This document shows positions 1 to 9,805 of a stretch of 64,000 nt of DNA, one piece after another (positions within the stretch are counted from its first letter, which is position 1; each line of letters starts with the position of its first letter). A program made the translations under genes and the position numbers. Under the pieces are notes generated by a model that did no database searches, was not told the DNA's origin, and worked only from the letters and a program-made list of their open reading frames with translations. The DNA is from Pachysolen tannophilus NRRL Y-2460 (lineage: Eukaryota). The stretch lies in the NCBI GenBank assembly GCA_001661245.1, contig KV454016.1, forward strand, positions 928,268-992,267. The letters are read 5' to 3'.

Positions 1-220
1 GATAGTGGTAATTTTTCATTCGTTGTTGATATTGGGTTTAAATAATTAAATATCCTTCTTCTTTAATAATAATTTTAAGCAAAACCCCAAATCTGGAAAT
101 TCAAGTCCCCCTATTAATATTAAACAAAAAAAAATAGGAAAAACAATATTATAATTTTTTTATATAAATATAGATCTATATATTTATGAACAAGAATAGA
201 TTATCCTTTGTTCAGAGAGA

Positions 221-3200
221 ATGAATTCAGCAGAGGCAAAGGCAAAGTTTAAAAATCATTTTTATAAATTAGGTGAAAAAAGAGATATTCCTGTTAGAGA
301 GAATAAATATTGGGAAATTTTTTGGGAAAAGCCTAGATCAGTTGATGATATTTTTGAATTAATAACTGTAAATGATATTAGATCCGTTAGTAATTCTAAA
401 AACTTTATTAGACTATTAAGAATAGTTTCTTTAAAGTTTATTAGTTTGGCTTCAGAGAAAAGAGATTTGGATACTTTACAAGTTTTAAATTGTTGTCGTA
501 TACTTACAAGGTTATTCCCATTTTTATATGAAAACTTGGAATTATCTAAAATTGAAAAAGATATTTTTTGGTCAGTTAATGGGAGTACAGATTCAAATAT
601 AAATACAGAAGTTCTTGATGAAACTAATAATAGAGTAGGATCAAGTAATTCAGCCACTATTGGATCAGCCACTTCTGCTAGTTCATTTTCTAATGAAGAT
701 TATGATAGAGCAAGTGTTGATGCAAATACAAATTTTGATAATATTCATAATGCATTGGAAACACAATCAACAAAAGCTCAAGTGCATGTATCAGATAATA
801 ATTTACCATTAGGAGCTCAATTAGTTACAACTTGTGTTAATTTATTATTTACAAAAAATTTTACAATTTCAAGTACAACAAATAAGACAACTAATGGAAT
901 TGATTTTACAATTTGGGAACCTGGTATTGGATTAAATGAAAAATATTCAACCCCTAAATTAGAAATCGATTGTAATAGATTAGAAATTTTAAAATTATTA
1001 ATAACTTTATGTTCTCAATGTCTTTATTTTACTCCAAATAACGTCATTGAAAAAGGTTCAAGATATTTAACAGTATTAGTTACATCTACTCCAAAACTTC
1101 ATATATTAACCTTGTTATCATCTTTAATCAATTTGACATGTCGAATTGGCCGTCCAGCTAATGAAAATGGTTTGGAATTCAATAATAATTCTTTGAATCA
1201 ATTAAGAGAATTAATGATAACTAATGCAATTGATTTATTAACTTTAATGATTGTCTATCCAATACCGAAACATGATATTGATTTTTTAAATAAAACAGGA
1301 ATATTAAATGGTAGACCATATAATTTAGTAAGGTTTTATTTTGGTAAATTACACAAAGAAAATGAATTAAATTTTTTGTTAACAAACCTCATTGCAATTT
1401 TGAAAAAACCTTTAATTGAAATTTCTACAAATGAAACTTCTTCATCGTTATCATCGTTAATAAAATCTAAAACATCTACTGCAGAACCTTCTGTATGGGG
1501 TACAGAAATAGTTATGTTATTATGGGAATTATACCAATGCAATAAAAGATTTAAAATATATTTAATAGACAATTCTGGACCAGAATTAATGATAATATTA
1601 TTGTACTACATAGCATTAAACAGAAACAGTGCAATGCATAAAAATTTCGTTAGAGTCTGTCTTTATTTTTCACTCTATCTTTCAAGTGATCCGCTAATAT
1701 TAGCAAAACTATTATGTCCGTTTTCAAATCAATTATATTTACAATTACCTCAATCATTTAAGATTAGCCCAAATCCAGTTACATTCAGAGATTTTATTGT
1801 TGTGAAGATATGTCAATTGTTGATCGTTGATAAGATCAATATTTTAACACCTACATTAACTGAATTACTATATAACTTAATTCCGATTGCGGGTTTATTG
1901 GAACCTACTAATGGTAGTGGTAATATCAATGGTAATAGTAACGTATCCTCACCAAATGATACAAATCAAATGCAAAATAGAAGACTGTCGAAAGTTGATG
2001 AAACTTCAGATATCAACAAATCTTACAAGACACCGGGTTCTGGACTATCTTATTCTGCATGTACCTCTATAACACAATTGGTTGTTAAATACAGTACTCA
2101 CTCATTTTTATCCGAAAATTCATCAAATCCAGATTTTCTAGCATTAATAATAAGAGCAATCTGTCAAGCCATTTGCAGACACCCAAAGCAATCAAGAACC
2201 TTAATTTATATTATCACCAAGAATGCAAGACACTATCAAAATATTAAAACTACCATCGATAATTTAGATAACTTACAGGCCAATACTACTAGTGATTATA
2301 CTACCACAAGTGAAAGCAGTTCATTTAAAAGTATTGCAGGAGGACCTAGTACTAATGAAACGCAAGAAGTAGAAAATGGTGGGGTTCAAAATGATGATGG
2401 ATCGAATGATCCAATGACAAACTCAAATACTGAAAAACATGAAACGAATAATGATGGCGGGTTAAATACGTTAGATGAGGATGAAGAGGATTGTTCTGAG
2501 ATTGATGACTCTTTATTGAGACCGAAACTTCCGATTGGAATGTCAACAAAGTTTAAAGGAAAATTACCGGTTAATGCTCCTTTGGAAAGAACTTGGACTG
2601 GATCTTCTGCATTAAGAATTGTATTGAAGTCTATTGAATCTGTTAAAAAGTTGATACCCGAATTTTCAAACACTTCTATTTCCGTAGATACAATAGAGTT
2701 ATTAAATAAGATTGAAAATTTGGAAGGATTGACTGAAGTCATTAGAACTGTTCCAAAAAATGAGTTTTATTTAAAACCTTTAGAGCAATTAAAATTCACA
2801 TGGTCAAATATTTCATTAGGGTGGTACGAGAGTGTACTTTGGGGGTGCATTTATAACAGTAATGAAAATGTTAATAACAATCATAGAAAATTGATAAATA
2901 TAAACACATCTTTCCAAAGTTTTTCTTCTAAGGTGTCATCTGATTGGGGGTTTGGTTCTTGGTCAAATTCTGAACAAGAGCTATTGGACATTGTTAGTAA
3001 ATCGTCAGCGCATGTAAATATCTGGGCAGGAACAAATATAAAATTGTTTAGAATATTGGTCAACTTAAACAGAGCGAACAATCTAATGCAGCCAATAACA
3101 GATTCCCTTATCAGAAGATTCAGCGATTTCAGAATTAATAACCGTTCAAATGGCCAGCAGTACCCACAACAAGTTGACAGAGATAGCAAGGGCCTCAACT

Positions 3201-3448
3201 CAAGACAAAACAGTACGACAAGTGTATCTTCTTTACCGTCTACACCGATTTTACAACAACAGCCACAGCATCAGGATGCTGTTTTTGGTAATGGATTTAA
3301 CGAGCAAATGCCGTTAAAAGTAACGCCAAGAAATTCGTATCACAGAGTATCAGTCAGCAGTGTTAATTCTCCAAAAAATACAACGAGAAATCCAAGTGTT
3401 GTATCGACACCGCAGAGTATTTCTCCAAGAAATTCAATATCTACTTGA
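221..3448 (+). CDS. ECM30: Hid1/Ecm30-family protein (1075 aa)
   Basis: Long ORF with Hid1-type motifs (LNCCRILTRLFPFLYE, IWEPGIG, NRLEILKLLITLCS, WYESVLWG, IWAGTNIKLF). It lies near TSR2/CNA1, as in S. cerevisiae (YLR436C/435W/433C). Confidence 0.85.
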   Translation: MNSAEAKAKFKNHFYKLGEKRDIPVRENKYWEIFWEKPRSVDDIFELITVNDIRSVSNSKNFIRLLRIVSLKFISLASEKRDLDTLQVLNCCRILTRLFPFLYENLELSKIEKDIFWSVNGSTDSNINTEVLDETNNRVGSSNSATIGSATSASSFSNEDYDRASVDANTNFDNIHNALETQSTKAQVHVSDNNLPLGAQLVTTCVNLLFTKNFTISSTTNKTTNGIDFTIWEPGIGLNEKYSTPKLEIDCNRLEILKLLITLCSQCLYFTPNNVIEKGSRYLTVLVTSTPKLHILTLLSSLINLTCRIGRPANENGLEFNNNSLNQLRELMITNAIDLLTLMIVYPIPKHDIDFLNKTGILNGRPYNLVRFYFGKLHKENELNFLLTNLIAILKKPLIEISTNETSSSLSSLIKSKTSTAEPSVWGTEIVMLLWELYQCNKRFKIYLIDNSGPELMIILLYYIALNRNSAMHKNFVRVCLYFSLYLSSDPLILAKLLCPFSNQLYLQLPQSFKISPNPVTFRDFIVVKICQLLIVDKINILTPTLTELLYNLIPIAGLLEPTNGSGNINGNSNVSSPNDTNQMQNRRLSKVDETSDINKSYKTPGSGLSYSACTSITQLVVKYSTHSFLSENSSNPDFLALIIRAICQAICRHPKQSRTLIYIITKNARHYQNIKTTIDNLDNLQANTTSDYTTTSESSSFKSIAGGPSTNETQEVENGGVQNDDGSNDPMTNSNTEKHETNNDGGLNTLDEDEEDCSEIDDSLLRPKLPIGMSTKFKGKLPVNAPLERTWTGSSALRIVLKSIESVKKLIPEFSNTSISVDTIELLNKIENLEGLTEVIRTVPKNEFYLKPLEQLKFTWSNISLGWYESVLWGCIYNSNENVNNNHRKLININTSFQSFSSKVSSDWGFGSWSNSEQELLDIVSKSSAHVNIWAGTNIKLFRILVNLNRANNLMQPITDSLIRRFSDFRINNRSNGQQYPQQVDRDSKGLNSRQNSTTSVSSLPSTPILQQQPQHQDAVFGNGFNEQMPLKVTPRNSYHRVSVSSVNSPKNTTRNPSVVSTPQSISPRNSIST

Positions 3449-4259
3449 AGGGCACATATGAAGTATAATAAGTGATAAAAGAGGTTTGAAAGATATTATA
3501 GCTTCAGATTTGTGAAAATATTTGCAGATTAAAGAATAACATCTACTACAGAACAAAATTCAAATTTGATCTGCAAACCTTTCTTTTTTTTTTTTTTTTT
3601 TATTTTGGTTTACTTTTTATTACAAGAGTTTCATTAGTAAAGTTAAAAAGCTTAAAGCAAAAAAGAGACTCAGCTTTAGTGACTACAATTAATCTTGGCC
3701 ATTAATTTAGATTTCACTTGCTCTGTTTTGAGCATATAAATGATATGGAATATATTATTTAATATGGTTTACAAACCAATATCGTTTCAGCCGCATGCAC
3801 GATTATGCATGCAAGAAAGACAAAAAATTCAAAAAATTCAAATCTTTCAATTCGAATACTTTGAAATCTTTAATACAAAAGATAGTTCGAATTCAATATT
3901 AAAACCATTAAAATCAATGAAATGATTATATATATATATATATGTATAAAGATATGTAAGTTTCGAAATGGAAAAAATTAAGAAGAAGAAGAAGAAAAAA
4001 AAAATACTTGAAAACAGTAAAACTTTTTCTTTTTATAAACAAGAAGCAACAAGGAAAATTAAAATGAACTCAACTCGCCGAATAGATTATGACGCTCTTC
4101 TATAATCTTTTTTAACTTTTAATTTTGTTGAACCAATTTGTGAATCGACATTTATATTTATTGAAATAAAACTTATTATCTTATTTATTGTCATTATTAC
4201 AGTTATCTTGAATTTATCTTGAATAGTTCTAAACGAACTAAAAAACATTTTCAGGGAAA

Positions 4260-5042
4260 ATGTTTTTATTTGCTTTTGGTGTAGCAGTTCTAATAGTGAG
4301 TGAAGTATGGGCTTATCCAATTAACAACAATATCACTTCTGATGTTATTACAATTAGTAAAAATGACAATATTTTCAATTATAATGGTTTTACGTATATT
4401 CAAGAAACAAATGAGGTTTGCGGCAAAGAGACATTTCTGTTTAATATTTCCGAACTAATTGATAAAGAGTCATTGCTATCTGCTTTAGGTAATGAAACAT
4501 TTATGGAAGCAGACGCAGATTTTTTATCGAGCATAGATACCAAGTATTGTGTAAGGCTTTTGAATAAACCTCAAAAAATTGTGAAAACAGACTTGAGTGC
4601 ACCAATTAGTTTATGTTTAAATTCAGAATTTGGCGATGGTGGTTCTATTGGTAAGTCAGTTAGTGTTTCCGTTTCTGTGGGAGGAGATTTGAGTTTTTCT
4701 ATGCATGAGTCCGCAATGCAAGCAATCACAATGACCTGGTCGATTTCTGCTAGTATTTCAAAAGCTTTCAAACTAGTTTATTCTTGTACTGCACCTGCTG
4801 GTGAAGTGGCACAATTGTGGGCTACACCTGTTGGTGGTGAGGTTGATTTTGAAACAAGGAAATATTATCAACTAAGACATGGTGGGAAAAGGCATTTCGT
4901 TAGTGATTGGACCAAGGTGAAGAATTATCATTTCCCAGTAAACGAATTTTCTCCAAGACTTGCTTGTAAGAGTGGACCAGCCACAAATTGTGAGCTTCCT
5001 CAAACAACAAACTTTGTATTTAAAAATAGCATTGAGAATTAA
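4260..5042 (+). CDS. Secreted Cys-containing protein of unknown function (260 aa)
   Basis: N-terminal hydrophobic signal peptide ending VWA|YP, several N-glycosylation sequons, 6 Cys and an alternating Ser/hydrophobic stretch. Confidence 0.75.
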   Translation: MFLFAFGVAVLIVSEVWAYPINNNITSDVITISKNDNIFNYNGFTYIQETNEVCGKETFLFNISELIDKESLLSALGNETFMEADADFLSSIDTKYCVRLLNKPQKIVKTDLSAPISLCLNSEFGDGGSIGKSVSVSVSVGGDLSFSMHESAMQAITMTWSISASISKAFKLVYSCTAPAGEVAQLWATPVGGEVDFETRKYYQLRHGGKRHFVSDWTKVKNYHFPVNEFSPRLACKSGPATNCELPQTTNFVFKNSIEN

Positions 5043-5373
5043 ACAAAAATTTCGTTAAATTAATATTATTTTATCACTTTCTTTCTATTACATTTTTACA
5101 ATTTTCAATTTTCAATTTTTAATATTTTTTATTCTTGAGCTGATAACAATACTTATATAATATAATACATATATGAAACCTATGGAAAAATCACTTTTTC
5201 ACCAAAAAAAAAAAAAAAAGCAAAAAAAAAAGAAGCAAAAAAAGAAAAGAAAAGAAACCGAAGTTTATAATAGTAAGCAATATGTCCTTAGAGCTTCAAA
5301 AGAGAGTTTCTAGAGAGTTTCAAGGGCAACTATTAATTTATTTATATTTTTTTTATCATTAATTATACATGTT

Positions 5374-5859
5374 CTATGTCCTCTTATCCCTTCTTCCTTT
5401 CTTCTGTACTAGTTGGAACCCATCGTCATCAATTATTGGAGCATTTCTTGCCTGGTGATCATGATCATCATCAAGATCCATTTCAACATCATCATGGAGT
5501 GTTTGCTCTTCTTCATCTTCGGCACTCTCATCACTATCATCGGGATTTTCAGGATCCTCTTGTATCTGAACCTGATAATGTGAACTTTCTTTTTTCTTCT
5601 GTCTTTCAAGCCATTTAGCGTACATACCATCTACTGTTTCAAATTGGCCCTGTGAAATTTCTTTATAAATTTTTAAAATTAAAACTGCCAATGGTAACGC
5701 ACTATCATCTTCAACTTGAACGTCAAACTCATCTTGCATAGCATATAACATCGTCTCTTCTATCAACTGGACATCAACAATTTTTTGCTCAAACAACTCA
5801 ACCACTATGGCAGTGATCCAATCTCTCTTATCTGCAGATTGAGGTCCTCCCCATTGGTT
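5374..5859 (-). CDS. TSR2: TSR2 (Rps26 escortin / pre-rRNA processing), C-terminal 161 codons; N-terminus displaced by inversion
   Basis: The minus frame reads NQWGGPQSADKRDWITAIVVELF...AMQDEFDVQVEDDSA...IDDDGFQLVQKKGRR, i.e. the Tsr2 WGG domain and acidic tail. There is no proper start on this strand. Confidence 0.93.
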   Translation of the reverse strand, partial: NQWGGPQSADKRDWITAIVVELFEQKIVDVQLIEETMLYAMQDEFDVQVEDDSALPLAVLILKIYKEISQGQFETVDGMYAKWLERQKKKESSHYQVQIQEDPENPDDSDESAEDEEEQTLHDDVEMDLDDDHDHQARNAPIIDDDGFQLVQKKGRRDKRT

Positions 5860-5903
5860 ATCTGTTCTGAATTCTGAGTGGCTCTATCTTTTGAACCAGA
5901 CAT
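5860..5903 (-). CDS. CNA1: Displaced first 14 2/3 codons of calcineurin A (MSGSKDRATQNSEQ-AT)
   Basis: ATG at 5903. Joining to +6430 gives ...[14 protein letters not shown] in frame, resembling the recalled S. cerevisiae Cmp2 start (RNTEQINAAIKIIENK). Confidence 0.85.
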
Positions 5904-6209
5904 CCTTCACTAAATATCACACACTAGACGTTATGTTCGTTCTCTCTACTGAACATCAAAAAAAAAAAAAAAAAAAATAACACCAATAGCAACACTAACA
6001 CCAAGCAGATCAAGATAGAAGATATATACTTATCTATATCTATCTATATCTATCAATATACAGATTTATAATACCCAGATAAAAATAATTAATACCTGTT
6101 TTCTCGTTATCTTCACCTTCTCCTTCCTGTTATTGCTCCAGGGCTTATAAAATAGAGAAAGTCTGTTGAGTTTTCCACGCACGACAAATGTTTTTGTCCC
6201 ATTTTTCAG

Positions 6210-6220
6210 AAAATTTTTCA
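6210..6220. promoter_or_regulatory. RRPE element upstream of the TSR2 ATG
   Basis: AAAATTTTTCA (= TGAAAAATTTT) about 65 bp before ATG 6283, typical of ribosome-biogenesis genes. Confidence 0.6.
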
Positions 6221-6282
6221 CTTTTTATAATTCATGAGGTTGAAGATTAGTTGGATTATAAGTTGTTTGTTGTTGGTTCGTG

Positions 6283-6429
6283 ATGAGTTCTATTGATGTG
6301 ACTGAGTTTGTGGAAGCAGGTAAGGATCAGGTTTCGCTTTTTTTCTCTGATTTGAAGCAACAGTCCAAGTTTGAGCTTGGGGTTTCGATGTGCATTTACC
6401 AATGGGATGCTTTAGAAATTGCAGTTCAA
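6283..6429 (+). CDS. TSR2: Displaced N-terminal 49 codons of TSR2
   Basis: The + strand reads [49 protein letters not shown] and then TGA. FELGVSM..Y.WDAL..AV is the Tsr2 N-terminal motif that directly precedes NQWGG. Confidence 0.93.
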
Positions 6430-8203
6430 TGATAATGCTTTAAAAAAAATAAAAAATAAGCAAGCATTTGCATCAACTAGGGATTATTCGATTTTTGTTA
6501 CCGAAGATGGGGAAGAAGTGTCTACTAAAGAGCGAATTGTAAAGACTGTTCCACCTGTGGCATCTAAGAAACCTAGTGAAGAAGAAGTTTTTGATTCAAA
6601 AACAGGTTTACCTAGACATGAATTTTTAAAAGAGCATTTTATTCTTGAAGGAAGATTACAGGAAGATCATGTTGTTAGGATCTTAGATATGGCAAGAGAT
6701 GTTTTAGCTAAGGAACCGAATTTATTAGATGTTCCTTCACCTGTAACTATATGTGGTGATATTCATGGACAATATTATGATTTGATGAAATTATTTGAAG
6801 TTGGTGGACACCCAACTAATACTTCATATTTGTTCTTGGGAGATTATGTGGATAGGGGTTCATTTTCAATTGAATGTTTACTTTATCTTTATTCGTTGAA
6901 GTTAAATTATCCAAATACTTTTTGGATGTTAAGAGGAAATCATGAATGTAAACATCTTACTGATTATTTTACTTTCAAGATGGAATGTCTTCATAAGTAT
7001 TCGATGAAAACATATAAAGCTGCTTTAGGAAGTTTTAATGCATTGCCGTTGGCTGCGATAATGAATAATCAATTTTTCTGTGTTCATGGTGGAATATCAC
7101 CAGAATTGAAAAGTTTGGATGATGTTAGAAATTTGAATAGATTTAAAGAACCTCCAACAAGAGGTTTAATGTGTGATTTATTATGGGCAGATCCAATTGA
7201 ATCTTATGATGAAGATGACGTTGATTCATTATTTTTACCAAACTCCGTTAGAGGATGTTCTTATGCTTTTACATATAAGGCCTCTTGTTCTTTCTTACAA
7301 AGAACTGGATTGCTTTCGATAATAAGAGCCCACGAAGCTCAGGATGCTGGATATAGAATGTATAAAAGAACCAAGACAATGGGGTTCCCTTCGTTATTAA
7401 CAATGTTCTCTGCTCCAAATTATCTTGATAGTTATAACAACAAAGCAGCAGTGTTAATATACGAAAATAACGTTATGAATATAAGGCAATTTAACGCTTC
7501 CCCACATCCATATTGGCTTCCAAATTTTATGGATGTGTTTACTTGGTCTTTACCTTTTGTTGGTGAAAAAGTTGTGGATATGTTGGTATCTATATTGAAT
7601 ATCTGTACACAAAAAGAACTTGATGAAGAAACTCCTTTAGCAAAAGAACCAGCAAACTCATTTGATGAAATATCTGTTGAATCGAATATAAATTCCAATA
7701 ATAATGGAACTGCAACTACAACAACAGCTGGCACGGAAACTACAGGATCTGCAACAGGTAGTTTTGATTTGAGCAAATTTATACTGTCTACAGGTAATTC
7801 TTCAGCAACTTCATCACTGGGATCCCAAATTAAAGATTCTGATTCTCTTGAACTGAAAAGAAATGTATTACGTAATAAGATCATGGCTATTGGAAGAGTT
7901 AGTAGAATGTATCAATTATTAAGAGAAGAAAGTGAAAAAGTTGAAAAATTAAGATCTTTAAGTGGTGGAAGAGTTTTACCAAAGGGAGTATTATTAAGTG
8001 GCTCTGACGGATTATCAAAGAAAATATCATCGTTTGATGAAGCTAGAAAACAAGATTTGAAAAATGAAGCATTACCACCAACTAGGGAAACTATAGAAAG
8101 AGAAAAGCAAGAAATGGAAGATGAAATTAAAAGAAGAGTTGCTGAACGGGTTAAAAGGGATGAAGGTCTTCAAAAATTGGCAAGAAGATTGTCTGATCGT
8201 TGA
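6430..8203 (+). CDS. CNA1: Calcineurin catalytic A subunit (PP2B; CNA1/CMP2 orthologue), body of gene
   Basis: PPP motifs GDIHGQ, GDYVDRG and RGNHE, the SAPNYLD loop, CnB-binding [12 protein letters not shown], calmodulin-binding [15 protein letters not shown] and autoinhibitory [17 protein letters not shown]. The true start lies inside the inverted segment. Confidence 0.97.
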
Positions 8204-8528
8204 TACCAACTTGTTTCTTTCAGTTTAACAAACAGATACTCTCGATATATATAGTATATTTATATAAATTATTATTCTACCAATTATCAATTTTACTTTA
8301 CATTTAATTTATTCACTGATAATAACAGTTCAAAACTTTAACGATATAACATCGTCTTTTTATTTTTGTAATATTATCATCATCATCATCATCATCATCT
8401 TCGTAATTCGTCAAGTGTACTAATATCAGAGGTTGAAAAATTTCTCAGCACGACTTTACATTTTTGTAATATCAAGACTTTACCATCTAATTTGAAACTA
8501 ATTTGTGGACTGAGCAAGAAGGTTATCA

Positions 8529-9446
8529 ATGTCGAGGAGTTCTTCTAGACTTGTGCTTTCTAGGCCTTCAATTTCTAATACTGAAGTAATCTCTGGGAAT
8601 GAGAATTTGAGTTCAGTAGAGTTTTCTGTTGGGGAACATTCAATATTGTACGCTGGTCATGACGGTATAATGATAAAAGATGATCACCAAAGGAATTTCA
8701 GGAAATTAATTTCTACTTTCATATCAGAATCTAAGGAAGAAGATTTTAGTGATGCTGAATTATATGTGTTGAACACAAGTTTTATAATTTGGTTAAATGA
8801 ACTTGCGAAAGGAATAGAATTTCCGTATCAAAATTTGATATTACATGCTTTACAAAAGGACGACGTTGGCAAGACATGGTTATATTTACAAATATCTTCT
8901 GATACTAACCTTGATGATAATGAGGAGGGGGATCTAGGAAATACAATTGAGCTTTCATTAGCTATTTGTGGAGAGGAAAAAACTAGAGAAAGAACTAGCA
9001 ATCCATTGTTAGAACAGGTAAATTCCAATTATAGAGATAATAATAAAGTGCTTGAGAACATTTACGAATCATTGACTACTTGCACATCATTTCATCTTGA
9101 TCCTGATTCTGAAGATGAAGAACAACAACAAGCAGTTGGAGGGCCAATTTTCATACTGCCAGATCAAAATTCTCCTACAAATGACGATGACGATGGAGAT
9201 GAGGATAACGATAACGATGAAGTTGTGCTGACAACTAATGAGAATAAAAGTGAGGATGATTTGACTGATGCCAGAGTTAATCATACATATCAAGAAACGA
9301 ATGAACATGAAAGTGCTACACTGACAGTAGATGTTGATTTGGTTTCCAGTAGTGGTGCAAGAACAAGAAAGGAAACAGAAAAGAAAAGAGAAAGCGTAAC
9401 GAATGGAAACGGTAAAGCAACGAGAAAGATTAGAAAATTGGAGTGA
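8529..9446 (+). CDS. LOT5: Lot5 / pICln (Voldacs) family protein
   Basis: LYVLNTSFIIW...GIEFPYQNLILHAL...LYLQ motif and acidic tail. Adjacent to SPE1, as in S. cerevisiae (YKL183W/YKL184W). Confidence 0.85.
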   Translation: MSRSSSRLVLSRPSISNTEVISGNENLSSVEFSVGEHSILYAGHDGIMIKDDHQRNFRKLISTFISESKEEDFSDAELYVLNTSFIIWLNELAKGIEFPYQNLILHALQKDDVGKTWLYLQISSDTNLDDNEEGDLGNTIELSLAICGEEKTRERTSNPLLEQVNSNYRDNNKVLENIYESLTTCTSFHLDPDSEDEEQQQAVGGPIFILPDQNSPTNDDDDGDEDNDNDEVVLTTNENKSEDDLTDARVNHTYQETNEHESATLTVDVDLVSSSGARTRKETEKKRESVTNGNGKATRKIRKLE

Positions 9447-9805
9447 TCTCAGTAGAGATCTCAGCAGACAAACACTTTGAAACCGTTAAAAAACCTTTAT
9501 TTTTTATTTCTTTTCTCTTTTTTCTTTTTAATATATATTAATGTACTATTTTTATTATAAATCTAAAGAAACAAACAAACCATGAAAAGCAAAAAGCAAA
9601 AAGAATATCAAATAACACATCAGAAACATTTAGCAAAGCAAAAAATACTAAAACTTTTCCTCTCTAAACGTTGGCATAGATTAATCGCAAAGCAATAGTG
9701 AAATAAATCTAACCAAGAAAAGCAAAAACAAAAAAAAAAAAAGAAAAAGCAAACAGAATAAATCTATATAATTTTTAAAAAATTTTTTAAAACGGATGGG
9801 AAATA

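Larger units (their letters stand above)
5860..6429. other. About 570-bp inverted segment carrying the TSR2/calcineurin divergent promoter and both 5' coding ends
   Basis: Reverse-complementing this interval restores two intact ORFs at once (TSR2 210 aa, calcineurin A 605 aa). Confidence 0.92.

Noticed and set aside
3884..3893. GTTCGAAT B-box-like sequences (also near 41663) as tRNA genes
   Set aside because: No A-box or cloverleaf pairing around them.
4064..4105. 13-codon ORF in good AAA-ATG context upstream of the secreted gene
   Set aside because: It cannot be joined to the 4260 ORF by splicing or a simple flip. It may be a uORF, but nothing supports this.
5860..6283. Intron or trans-splicing explanation for the split TSR2
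   Set aside because: The two parts are on opposite strands, there is no branch point before the CAG, and one inversion repairs both genes.
6419..6421. TTG start for calcineurin given by the ORF track
   Set aside because: These bases belong to the displaced TSR2 5' piece. The real ATG is at 5903 on the other strand.
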